46,224 bases of DNA from Octopus bimaculoides (GCF_001194135.2 NC_069005.1:33565612-33611835); one strand, 5' to 3'; shown: positions 12,343 through 24,749, counted from the stretch's first letter. Program-made: numbers and translations. The notes: a model not told the origin generated them from the letters alone.

Positions 12343-12484
12343 NNNNNNNNNNNNNNNNNNNNNNNNNNNNNNNNNNNNNNNNNNNNNNNNNNNNNNNNNN
12401 NNNNNNNNNNNNNNNNNNNNNNNNNNNNNNNNNNNNNNNNNNNNNNNNNNNNNNNNNNNNNNNNNNNNNNNNNNNNNNNNNNNN

Positions 12485-12609
<125 letters not shown>

Positions 12610-12662
12610 ATCGACCAATCATCAGATGATGTTATACACCTCTGGTCACAATGCGCTTCCAA
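12610..12662 (-). mobile_element. SINE 3' tail fragment shared with the 35566-35845 element
   Basis: gttatacacctctggtcacaatgcgctt versus gttatacatcgctggtcacaatgcgctt at 35596-35623. Confidence 0.45.
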
Positions 12663-12731
12663 TTCTGTTTTGATTCCGTCATTCTTTTCCATCTTCATCC
12701 AGATTGCTTAACTAAATCGTCTTCCCATTGT

Positions 12732-13276
12732 CATGGTAGAATCGTACATTGGTATTTGAGCTGTGTCTCTCGATTCAAAGAAGGAAAGAATTGGTATGAA
12801 CACGAGCCAGAGGCTGAAGAGAGAGAATAATAATTAGAGTTTTATGGGATTGACCCATAACGTCTGACCATACTTTTGAAGCAAGAAGACTAGACATGAT
12901 TGCAGAGGACATGACTGAAAAGGACAGAAAAGAAAAAAAGAAAGAAAAAAAAGAGTGAGACATGATTGTAGAGGACGGAAAGAAAAACCAGAAAAAACAA
13001 CAACAACGAAAACTGTAAGATCATTAACTTTGAAATGGCGTATGATAACAGAGTGGATAGCAAAGGAATCACGAACAAAAAAAATATCCGGACGACGCTA
13101 GAGAGATGAAGAAATAATGGAAGACTAATATCACAATTATTTCTCTGGTAATTGGTACACTTGGCACAACACCTAAGAGACTGGAAGAGATTGGAATTAA
13201 GACTCGCTCTGTGGAACTGTCGAAATGTGCCATTCTGTATTTTGTAAGAATCCTAAGAACGATTCTTGAGAGTTGA
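12732..13276 (+). mobile_element. R4/Dong-clade non-LTR retrotransposon, 3' ORF fragment (restriction-like endonuclease domain), pseudogenised
   Basis: With frameshifts and stops it reads HGRIVHW...KNWYEHEPE...WD*PITSDHTFEARRLDMI...CKIINFEMAYDNRVDSK...Y...W...IISLVIGTLGTTPKRLEEIGIKTRSVELSKCAILYFVRILRTILES*. This is the HW..W.EH.P / RPD / D..(P)D / K..KY / VIG.LG motif series of R4-type RLE domains. Confidence 0.85.
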
Positions 13277-13290
13277 CGAGTGCTCCATTG

Positions 13291-13334
13291 CTACTTATTT
13301 CATCGACCCTGAAAGGATGAAAGATAAAGTCGAC
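13291..13334 (-). mobile_element. SINE family A central-domain fragment
   Basis: ctacttatttcatcgaccctgaaaggatgaaagataaagtcgac is the reverse complement of gtcgactttgcctttcatcctttcggggtcgataaattaagtac (15500 region). Confidence 0.7.
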
Positions 13335-13397
<63 letters not shown>

Positions 13398-13414
13398 TGT
13401 AATAATAATAATAA

Positions 13415-14257
13415 GCACAATATATTCACTGGGTAATTAAAAAAAATTGGACCTGCCCCATGACAAAAAGTGGTAGGAACGCACACAATTCCTGTGCTTG
13501 AAAATGACCACATCTCACTCCTCAGGAACTTCACCGATCAAACTGGCAGAAATATAGATGCGAATAGGCCAGACATTACATTGAAAGACTTCAGAAAAAA
13601 AATCATGCCTCCTAATCGATATGACTGTCCCAATTGACATAAATGTATCTGTCAAGACCTACCAAAAACTGAGCAAGTATAAAGATCCTAAAATGGAAAC
13701 TGGCAAAATGTGGAACCTCAAGATTAAAACAATACCTGTCGTCATAGGTATCCCAAGGATGATAAGAAAAGGGGCTGATTGGTACCTAACTCAGATACCA
13801 GGAAATCCAAAAATGGAAGGAATTAAACAATAGAGCTCCAGGGAACTGTTCATATCCTACGAAAATATTGTCTTTGTAATTCCGAAAGCATTTTAATCTG
13901 TAAACATTATCAAAACCAGGACTGCCATGTTATGTTGGCAAACAATCTTTACTACAAAATACTGTTGCTGAATATCTCTCGTTGTGAGATTTAAAAATAG
14001 CAATTATCAAAAGCACTTTTAAATTCACATAATAGCAAACACCTTTTACTGTCATCTTAAGATCACTCTATCATCTTATAATCAAATTTCTTTTGAAAAC
14101 AAACTTAATTTTCTTATGCTTTGACAGACATTCTCTAGAACAATACTCTGTATGGCATTCTAGTCATAATACCATCTTGAATTTCTAACTTATTGTCTCT
14201 TGAGTTCTTTGGGTGAGACTTGGAGTCAACTTGTACAGATACAAAACAAAGCCAAAC

Positions 14258-14291
<34 letters not shown>

Positions 14292-14317
14292 CATAATAAT
14301 AATAATAATAATAATAA
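13415..14317 (+). mobile_element. Second R4/Dong-clade LINE 3' fragment (RLE domain, 3' UTR, (TAA)n tail)
   Basis: QYIHWVI...LDLPHDKKW*E...ANRPDITLKDFRKK..CLLIDMTVPIDINVSVKTYQKLSKYKD...KMWNLKIKTIPVVIG...QIPGNPKM...GTVHILRK; stop at 13877-13879; flanked by (AAT)n on both sides. A different subfamily from 12732-13276. Confidence 0.9.
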
Positions 14318-14319
14318 TG

Positions 14320-14670
14320 ATGATGTACATTGTTTTGTTTTAGTATAAAAGATGGGCTACAGCAAATCTTCTGCTCAATACCACAGATTTGCTTGTCAGT
14401 TGTTTGACCTTAACCAGTTGAGTATGTCCCTTAATGGCTGACGATATGTGCATCTCTGATCTCATGCAGAAGTAGTGGGGGAGCATCATAGCCATGTGTT
14501 GAGAGGAGTTCTTTGGGATTTGAATAATTCACCTTTGGAAACATTGGTGTTTTGTTCAACATCATTAAACAACCCTTATTCAGGGACCTTTTGAGCGGGA
14601 TGGGCCACGTGACCTGAAGAAAATTCAAACTAGTTTTAACACAAACGAGTTTTAGCACAAGACCAGCATT
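14320..14670. mobile_element. Probable interspersed repeat of unknown class
   Basis: Non-coding, higher-GC block sandwiched in the (AAT)/(GAT) nest. Resembles an octopus repeat I recall, but there is no second copy in the window to confirm it. Confidence 0.3.
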
Positions 14671-14676
14671 TCAGGG

Positions 14677-14839
14677 CCAGTATTACTTACTTCATCGACC
14701 CCGAAAGGATGAAAAGCAAAGTAAACCTTGGCAGAATTTGAATTCAGAATCTAAAAAAAAAACAACAAAACAAACAAAAAACGAAAATGCCGCTGAGCAT
14801 TTTCTCCGGCATGCTGACGATTCTGCCAGCTTGTTGCCA
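14677..14839 (-). mobile_element. SINE family A, 5' two-thirds with internal A-rich expansion
   Basis: ttcatcgaccccgaaaggatgaaaagcaaagt...gaatttgaattcagaa...gccgctgagcattttctccggcatgctgacgattctgccagct. Confidence 0.8.
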
Positions 14840-15445
14840 TAACAACAACAACAATAATAATAATGAGGCTAGGGATAATAAACTTTCTTGTAATAATAAT
14901 GTCGTGCATGAATGGGCGCGTGCAGTGATCCGATATTCGTTTGAGAGTTTCTTACAAAAACGCGTACAAAATACGACACATGTACATATAAACACTCAAA
15001 AATCTACAAATACATCAACACACACACACACACACACATATACTCAGACACACACACTCACGCACATACACATACATTCTTATACAGACACAGTACATTT
15101 CAACAGAGATAAACGGTCAAGAAGTGTAAGTAATATAACGGACTAATTTGAAGTAGCGCTTTGTTCTCTGCTGGAACCGTGGAGTAATTTCAAGGGTGAT
15201 ATTTACCGTTTATATATATATATAAAAAAAACATTGTTTACGATGTTTTTCTAGAAGAATCCAAGTTAAATAAGTGCAGTTTCAGTAAAAAGTAAGATTT
15301 AGGAAAAAAACAAAACAAAAACAAAACAAAACCAAAAAATAACATTTAGAGAAAAAAAAGACAACAAAACTTCTTTTGGCCTTTATTTTAAGGTTTATTT
15401 TCGATAATTTGAATTTAGAACATCACCTCTACGTTTCTCACTTAA

Positions 15446-15592
15446 TACTTGGCGGTATTTCGTCTGTCTTTACGTTCTGAGTTCAAATTTCGCCGAGGTC
15501 GACTTTGCCTTTCATCCTTTCGGGGTCGATAAATTAAGTACCAGTTGCGTACTGGGGTCGATTTAATCGACTGACCCCCTCCCCCAAAATTT
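15446..15592 (+). mobile_element. SINE family A, well-preserved copy cut by gap
   Basis: cttggcggtatttcgtctgtctttacgttctgagttcaaatttcgccgaggtcgactttgcctttcatcctttcggggtcgataaattaagtaccagttgcgtactggggtcgat; colinear with the reverse complement of 357-565. Confidence 0.9.
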
Positions 15593-15990
15593 NNNNNNNN
15601 NNNNNNNNNNNNNNNNNNNNNNNNNNNNNNNNNNNNNNNNNNNNNNNNNNNNNNNNNNNNNNNNNNNNNNNNNNNNNNNNNNNNNNNNNNNNNNNNNNNN
15701 NNNNNNNNNNNNNNNNNNNNNNNNNNNNNNNNNNNNNNNNNNNNNNNNNNNNNNNNNNNNNNNNNNNNNNNNNNNNNNNNNNNNNNNNNNNNNNNNNNNN
15801 NNNNNNNNNNNNNNNNNNNNNNNNNNNNNNNNNNNNNNNNNNNNNNNNNNNNNNNNNNNNNNNNNNNNNNNNNNNNNNNNNNNNNNNNNNNNNNNNNNNN
15901 NNNNNNNNNNNNNNNNNNNNNNNNNNNNNNNNNNNNNNNNNNNNNNNNNNNNNNNNNNNNNNNNNNNNNNNNNNNNNNNNNNNNNNNNNN

Positions 15991-16169
15991 ATCGTTGGCG
16001 TTTCGTCTCTTTTACAATCTGAGTTCGAACGCCACCGAAGTCAACTTTGCTTTTCATTCCATTCGGGGTCGATATGATAAGCCCCAGTTGAGCACTGGGG
16101 GTGGATGTATTCGATTTATCTCTACCCCCACCGAAATTGCAGGCCCTTGTGCCTATAGTAGAAAGGATT

Positions 16170-16198
<29 letters not shown>
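15991..16198 (+). mobile_element. SINE family A with (TTC)n tail
   Basis: ctgagttcgaacgccaccgaagtcaactttgc...ttcggggtcgat...gcaggcccttgtgcctatagtagaaaggatt followed by (CTT)n. Confidence 0.85.
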
Positions 16199-16231
<33 letters not shown>

Positions 16232-17027
16232 GATGATTGTGATGGTGGCAGTGGTGGTGGAGGTTATGATGAAGATGATTATGATGATGGCTATAGTGAT
16301 GGTTCCAATCATGTTACAACTAAAGTCTCCTGCTTTGAAGTCAGTCTGTCTGTGTGTCAGTCTGTCTGTGTGTCAGTCTGTCTGTGTGTCAGTCTGTCTG
16401 TCTGTCAATGTGTTCATTCCTTCTCTGCTCCCTCTTTCATTCCCCCACCATTTTCAATCTGCAATTCCTCTCTCTACCTTCCTTCCTATTACCCCCACCT
16501 TTCCGCTGTCACCTACTCCTTATAGTCCCCCCCTCTCTCTCTCTCTCTCCTCCCTTCTACCTCTTCATAGCCCCTTATCCACTTTCCAGGCTCTCGCTCC
16601 TCCGTTTCCTCCTCCTCCTCNNNNNNNNNNNNNNNNNNNNNNNNNNNNNNNNNNNNNNNNNNNNNNNNNNNNNNNNNNNNNNNNNNNNNNNNNNNNNNNN
16701 NNNNNNNNNNNNNNNNNNNNNNNNNNNNNNNNNNNNNNNNNNNNNNNNNNNNNNNNNNNNNNNNNNNNNNNNNNNNNNNNNNNNNNNNNNNNNNNNNNNN
16801 NNNNNNNNNNNNNNNNNNNNNNNNNNNNNNNNNNNNNNNNNNNNNNNNNNNNNNNNNNNNNNTTCTTCTTCTTCTTCTTCTTCTTCTTCTTCTTCTTCTT
16901 CTTCTTCTTCTTCTTCTTCTTCTTCTCACTCTAACCCTCCTGTGTAAAATTTTCCATCCTTCATCGTCTTTCTTCTGGCATTACTCCCCCTCTCTCCCTC
17001 CTTGTCTGTCTTTCTGCCTCACTCATG

Positions 17028-17065
<38 letters not shown>

Positions 17066-17278
17066 TCTCTCCTTGTCAGTCTATCTGCTTCACTCATGCT
17101 CCATTCTCTCTCTCGTCTTATTTTAACTGCCTTTCTTTTCCAACCCCCTCTCTGTCTCTTCCTATTCCCTCTTTTTCTCTCACTTTGTCCCCTTTTACAT
17201 TTCCTCCCTAAACTTTACACATTCCACACTGTACCTCTCACATCACACTAAACGCACAATCAGTCTCCCTTTCACCCA

Positions 17279-17335
<57 letters not shown>

Positions 17336-17644
17336 ACTCATGCACATGCTCACGCACTCTCTCTTTCTCTCTCACACACATACACAATCAATACACACTC
17401 TTTTACTAATCGACACACACATACACTCGCTCACATACTCATACACACACATATAGACACACGTACACCCACTCACTCACAGATTCCCCTCCTAACACCC
17501 TCTTTTCCTCATATACTCACCTACCTCCATCTTCCCTTCTCCCCCGCCCATTTCCAATCCCTCCCTTATCCCTCCTGTCTGTTCCCCTCTCTTCCTGTCT
17601 CCCCCCTTCTCGTTTTCCTCCCACCAATCGCCTACTTTAACCAC

Positions 17645-17693
17645 AGTTTCCATTCTGCTCTAATTCACATTTCTCTTGTACATATTTCAACAG
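17645..17693 (+). other. Candidate 3' splice site
   Basis: Branch-point-like ctctaat, then ttcacatttctcttgtacatatttcaacag|g. It lies at the end of a >1 kb pyrimidine-rich tract and coincides with an abrupt change in composition. Confidence 0.4.
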
Positions 17694-18380
17694 GAAACTA
17701 TCGACCCGGCACAGAAAAGCTAATCGACCCGGCATCACCAACCGCTCTTTGCACGGTTACACTTTGGACGCCATATTGTTTCAACTGCCGAACAACCACG
17801 CAACAACCGTCGGCTCTATACCAATCTTACCACTCCGCTCAACGTCCACCACAACCACCACCACTGAAACAACAACGATATCACCAGTTAAACCTACCTA
17901 CAACAAAATAAAGAAAAAGGAAGGAAGGAAAAAAAACGGTGGTAGCTGCTACAAGAACAACAAAACCAATTATTCAAGGAAGGACGGAATATATTACGTA
18001 AAACAACTCTCCTTTCATAACAAAAGGATTATAACAAACCCCTGGACAATAACAATAACAACAACGTTATTCAGATTGAAAGAAACAAAGTCAACAATAA
18101 TAAGCGTCAAAGGTTTTCGCTAACAAAAAATAAAGAAGAAAATAACAAAAAATACAATGGTATAATCAAATAATAAATAAATAAATAACAGTGTGGTGTT
18201 TGCTAAAATATAGAACAATAACGACAACAACAACAATAATAATATTATAAGCAGCGCCACCCAATTCAGGAAAGTTAAACAAACGAAAATGTATCGGCTG
18301 TTTCCGCCATGATGTTTGTACTCGTTGATTCCTAAAAGTCCAACTAACGACTAACAACAACAACAACAACTACTACTACA

Positions 18381-18424
<44 letters not shown>

Positions 18425-18635
18425 AGCTACTGCTGCTGCTGCTGCTGCTGCTGCTGTAGGGCGGAGGTCGGTCGTAACTGACGAAAAACCAGATAAGGAA
18501 AGACCTCGTGCACCAGGAAGCGAAAGAACTACAGCAGCAATAACAACAACAAGAAATACTAACAATATTGAACTGTAGCTGTTATAGTTGCATCAATAAT
18601 AAGAACAACAATAACAAAAGCAACGTGAGTAGTAG

Positions 18636-18666
<31 letters not shown>

Positions 18667-19184
18667 ATTTAAGGGAACGATAAACTGTTGAATATTTTGT
18701 CGCCGGAAGTTGACAACCACTTCAGCAGCAGTAGCAGCAACAGTAGCAGCAACAGCAACAGCAGCAGCAGCAGCAAGAAACTGTAAGATCGTCATCATCA
18801 TCATCTTCAGCAGCAGCAGCAGCAGTAGTTGAAACAGCTACAACCACAGCAACAGCAACAACAGCAGCAGCAGCGAAAACAACAGCGGTTTTGCAAGAAT
18901 TGTACAAATGCTCTGGTTTCATTTGCAACAAAAAACAACGACCACAGCGGCGGCTTTGAGAATATATAATAAGACTTACAATAGCAAAAACAGGAATTGA
19001 TATTGCATGGAAAGTGAGTTCGCAACAGGCTTAGCTCTCGCAACACCAGCCTAACCAATCGCAACAACAACAACGACAACAAGCAGGATGTAATTAGCAA
19101 CAACGACAAGAACAAAGTTGATAACTGCTACAAACACTTTCTTGTTAGCAAAAACAATAGCGTACCACCATTTAACTACTATTA

Positions 19185-19231
<47 letters not shown>

Positions 19232-19543
19232 ACTGCTGCTATCGCTGCTGCTGCTGCCACTGTTGCTGTTGCTGCTACTGCTGCTGCTGTGATATAAATA
19301 CAGTCGCAAGAAGCGGAGAAAATAGGAGATAAAATAATAAAACAACCGCTGCGCACAGTGCAACGGCATCGACGACAACAACAACAACAATAAAAAAAAC
19401 GATAGCAGCTATAACCACAACAACAACAACAACAACAACAACGCAAGACTTAAGTTCCTTTATCTCTTTATACCAAACCTAAATTAAGATCCCAGTCACA
19501 ATAACAGCGGTTAATACTGTTAGTAATAGCTACAACAACAACA

Positions 19544-19599
<56 letters not shown>

Positions 19600-19878
19600 A
19601 ACTACTACTTAGAAGCGCAGCAATTTGTCTCCATTTTTTTTCTTCTGTAATGTCAGCCAGTTTTATCAGCTTAGCACCGCCGCCACCATCTCCGCTGCCT
19701 GGACCCCCACCACCGACGACAACAACGCCAATAGCGTCCCCACTTTCACCCCAACGCAACCTCGAAAACCAACAAAATTCGACGCCATGACAAGAAGAAG
19801 AAAGCGATTTGCTCATTACGCTCTCAAGTCCGTGTAAGGACTTTTGGTACAACTACCACCACTACTACCACCACCACC

Positions 19879-19909
<31 letters not shown>

Positions 19910-20083
19910 ATACTACTACACATATTTAATAACGTATCGTTCTTTTTTCCTATCTATAACTACTTCCGGTTTTAGTAGAAAACTTCAGTAGTATCCCCTT
20001 TGTGTTGTTGTTGTGGTGGTGGTGGCAGTGGTGGTGGCTGTGGTCGTCGGAAGAGTCCGTCTTATGGACCGGCATAACGGGGT

Positions 20084-20729
20084 ATGGTACTGTTGTGGAG
20101 GCGGCGGCTGCAACGACGGAGGCGCTCGAGACAAAACAGCATAAGAAGCTTGCGGCCGGAAACGAGGCGACAGGACGGCCATAGAGGAAAAAGGGACGAA
20201 ACAGCGACGGAGACACCGTCTTGTGTTAGTAACTACTCCTCCTCCTGCTCCTCCCCCTACTCTTCTTTTTCTTTTTCCTTCTTTTCCTCTTCTTTCTCCT
20301 ACNNNNNNNNNNNNNNNNNNNNNNNNNNNNNNNNNNNNNNNNNNNNNNNNNNNNNNNNNNNNNNNNNNNNNNNNNNNNNNNNNNNNNNNNNNNNNNNNNN
20401 NNNNNNNNNNNNNNNNNNNNNNNNNNNNNNNNNNNNNNNNNNNNNNNNNNNNNNNNNNNNNNNNNNNNNNNNNNNNNNNNNNNNNNNNNNNNNNNNNNNN
20501 NNNNNNNNNNNNNNNNNNNNNNNNNNNNNNNNNNNNNNNNNNNNNNNNNNNNNNNNNNNNNNNNNNNNNNNNNNNNNNNNNNNNNNNNNNNNNNNNNNNN
20601 NNNNNNNNNNNNNNNNNNNNNNNNNNNNNNNNNNNNNNNNNNNNNNNNNNNNNNNNNNNNNNNNNNNNNNNNNNNNNNNNNNNNNNNNNNNNNNNNNNNN
20701 NNNNNNNNNNNNNNNNNNNNNNNNNNNNN

Positions 20730-20784
<55 letters not shown>

Positions 20785-20873
20785 GAGAAGCAACAACAAA
20801 CACTGCCCCAATCATCGCAACAACCACTGCCACCACTACTACAACTAACTGCATAACTTCTACTACTTCTAAA

Positions 20874-20934
<61 letters not shown>

Positions 20935-23381
20935 GCACCACAACGGCGTCAGCGACGACGAGGACCACAGCAGTGAGGACAGCACAAATTCCGCTCGTGT
21001 TAGCAACAACGTCGACGAAAGTGCCAAAGACCACGTCGATAAAGAAGAGAAAGAAGAAGAAGAAAAAGAAGAGGAAGAAAAAGACCAAGTGGAAAGGGAC
21101 CACGTTTAACTCGGCATCGAAATCGAAAGTTAAAGTCCAAACAGATGAAACGAAATTAAAAGGGTCGCATAGATTGCAAAGTTGGAACAGGGGACATAGT
21201 AGCAAAGTATTAAAGGATAAACGGCCGGGAACCGATAACTTTGATCCTATATCCAAAAAGTCGCGTTGTTTTAAGCATCACCACGAAAATATATTAAATA
21301 AAAATTTGCCGAAGAAGAAGAATGGGAAAAAATCCGCTTCGAATAGAAAGAAAAAGCCGAGAAAACGAGAATCAACGAGACGTATAAGCGAAAAAGTAGA
21401 AGCATTTAACCAAAAGGCTTTGGTTGTATTCTGGTTGGAGGCGACAAAGAATCGGTTATTAAAAGAAACTAGAATTTATGAAGGCAAGCACAAAATAGAA
21501 GATAGCGGAGTGGTGGATTTACAGCGAAAACTCGAAAAGTCAGAGAAATATGAGTTGATAAGTGTTACGAAAAAGAATATTAAAAATCGTAACAGCAAAA
21601 ATATTAAAAAGAATAAGAAAACGAAAATATCGAAAATAATAAAAAGGAGAGAGAAAATAAATTCAAGAGAATTGAGAATAAAAGACCCCAAAGCAAGGAG
21701 AAACGCAGAAAGAATAACAAGAAAGAGAAACGTGGAGAGGAAAGACATAAAGTTTGTGGCGTCTTTCGTTAGATCAAGTTTAAGCCAAAACGATTCTTTG
21801 GCGTTCTTGAAGACATTTCATACATCCGTTTCACAACCGAAGCTGGAAAGGTTGTCAACGGAATTGTTATCAAACTGCAAAAGGGAAAAATTGCAACTGC
21901 TTCAAGTGGCAGCGACAATTAATATCACCGCTACAACAACACCAACAACAACAAACACCACTACTAACACAACAACAAAAAACACAACCACCACCAGCAA
22001 CAACAATAACAACAATACTACAACAATAATATTCACAACTACAATCATCAACACAGCTGCATTCTCTTCAACAAATCCAAGAATACTTAGTGAAACCATT
22101 ATATGTATTAAAGTGTCAACAACAACAACAACAGAAACCACAACCACAACAACAACAACAACAACAACAACAGAAACCACCACCACAACAACAACAACAA
22201 CAATAAAATCAGCATTAGTAACAACATCAAAAAAGGCATTAGTTGTTATTCTGCTTTTAGTCGTTTTGTACGCTTCGATATCATCGCGACAGTTTTATCA
22301 AAAGCATATACAAAGCCACCAACATTATCACCTAGCATCACTACCACCTCTACCTTTACTTCTACTACCACAACTACTACTACTACTACTATTACTACTA
22401 CTACTATTACTTCTACTACTACAACTACTATTACTTCTACTACTAATACTACCACTACTACTACTAGAATTGTTAGTAAGTGCAGCACTTCAGTCTCGAC
22501 ACTTACAACTTCTACTTCTACCACACCTACAGCTATCACTATTGCTACTAGTGCAACCATCACTACAACTATTGTTACCAATATTACAAATACTACCTCT
22601 TTTCTTAATACTATTACTACTACTACTACTTATTCTATTACCTATAATACTACTATTGTTACTTTTACTAGCTTTATTTCTATTACCACTACGATTTCTA
22701 TTTTTAGAATTTCAAGCACGGACAACACTATTACTGCAACTACTACTACTATCATATCAACCGCAACTTACAGCAGTAGTATTAGTTGCAGTAAGAAGTG
22801 GTGGTCACGTGACCGGCGTAAACTTTGCTCAAGCCGGAACGAGGCTTGGGTGGACAAACGGAAAGGATCCAACGCGATTAACAAAAAGTTATTGTTATCT
22901 CCCTCATCTTCTTCCTCCTTCTCATCATCATCATTATCATTACCATCAACATTATCAGTGCCATCACTACCACTACAATTACTATCATTGTCATCAGCAT
23001 CATCATTATCATCATCATCATCACCATCACCATCGTCATCGTCGTCATAAGAATAATCAGCAGAATTATCTAATACGCCATTTCTATCATCATCATCAAC
23101 ATCATCATCGCCGCCAGCAACAGCAGCAAATTCATCACCATCATTGGCATCATCAACATCATCACCATCGTCATCATTACCAACGTTGCTGTCATCGGCA
23201 GAGAAATACGAGGCTGACATTTTGGATAACTGCGTCAGCGAATTATAGGTTTGTACTCCGAGTAATACTTGTACAGTCACTACCACCTTCACCAAAACAA
23301 CAACAACAACAACAACAGTTACAATCACCGCAATCACTAACTTCAATATTATTGACACCACTACGAATAACAACAATAACA

Positions 23382-23413
<32 letters not shown>

Positions 23414-24749
23414 AACAACAACAACAACACAATCGTTGACAAGTCAACAATTGCAACTACAGCAACAACAAGTATTGTCCCTACTAGGACTATTGTTTTT
23501 CCTACTAAAATTATTACTACACCCAACACTACCACAATCGCCATCAACACCACCACCATCACCTTCACAACAACACCAACAAAACCGATTAATACTACTG
23601 CTGCAACTTTTACTACTACTACTACTACTACTACTTTTACAGCAACAACAACAACCACGACTACTACTACTATTACTGCTACTATCATTATCATCATCAT
23701 TACGATCAAAAGAACAGCAACGACCTCATGCATTACCACTACGACGACTACTACGACTACTACTACTGCTATTACCGCTACTACTAATACATAAACCACT
23801 ATCTTCATCCCCCCATCTGTTGCTATTACTACGACTACTAAAACTACTATCTAAGCCACTATTACTACTTCTACTGCTACCCCCACCACTACTACCACTT
23901 ATACTGTTAAGACTATTTCGACCGCAACAAACACAGCAGCAATTGTTACAACGACAACAACCACAAATACTACAACCACTACAGACATCTCTACCACGAC
24001 GACGACTACCACCACTACTACTACCACAACTATTAACGTTAATAATACTACTATTAATACTGTTACTACTACGAACAAAAGAATTAGTTCCCCTACAAGT
24101 AGTATCACCAATTCTCTTAAAGACATTAACATTCTCAGCGTCGTTGAAGACGCCATTGTCACAGTCTGTACTGCTACTACTACCACTACTACAACTTCTC
24201 TTACTATCACCAAAACTACCTCCTTTACGACCACCACAGCGATCGCTGCTGCAGCTGCTGGTGTTGTTGTTGTTGTTGTTATTATTATTATTATTATTAC
24301 GAACGACTTTCGAAACGGCAGAAGGAAAAGGTTGTAGAGTTATTAGTGAAAGAATTTGGCAAATTAAAGTAAAGAAGACAGAAAGAAGGACAAGGAGAGA
24401 GAAAAAAGAAAGGAAAGGAGAGAAAGAAGCGGGAAGGAAGGAAGGTAAAAAGGGAAGCAAAGCGGAAGTGGGAGAGCGGAAGAGGAAAGAGAGCGAAGAG
24501 AAGAGAAGCCAGAAAAACGACATCGGAAATAACCACAACAAGGACGAGAACAGCAACAACAACAATATCATCATCATCATCATCATCAACAGCAACAACA
24601 GCAACAATAATAACAACAACACAGAAAACGAAAAAAGCAACGAAAGCATAAAATCGACAGCGGTGACTGCAACAACACCTACAGGATCATCAAGCGCTAC
24701 GACTGTAGGACAAAGATTAACATCCCCCACAGTGGCAATACCCGCATAA
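20084..24749 (+). CDS. Putative low-complexity protein (Thr runs, ~300-aa Lys/Arg-rich block, Leu-, His- and Gln-rich segments); frame continuity across gap 20303-20729 unverified
   Basis: ATG at 20084 in strong context (ggggtATGg) opens MVLLWRRRLQRRRR... up to the gap. After the gap one frame is open 20730-24749. The A-rich, non-repetitive segment 20990-21900 is stop-free in this frame while a neighbouring frame hits TAA early. No recognisable domain. Confidence 0.4.

Noticed and set aside
13621-13833. 70-aa ORF MTVPIDINVSVKTYQK... as a host gene
   Set aside because: It is an internal piece of the disrupted R4/Dong LINE endonuclease domain.
22111-24350. Thr-rich alternative frame as an intact mucin gene
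   Set aside because: No ATG, no signal peptide, and in-frame stops at 23048, ~23790 and ~23850; kept only as a caveat for the 20084-24749 ORF.
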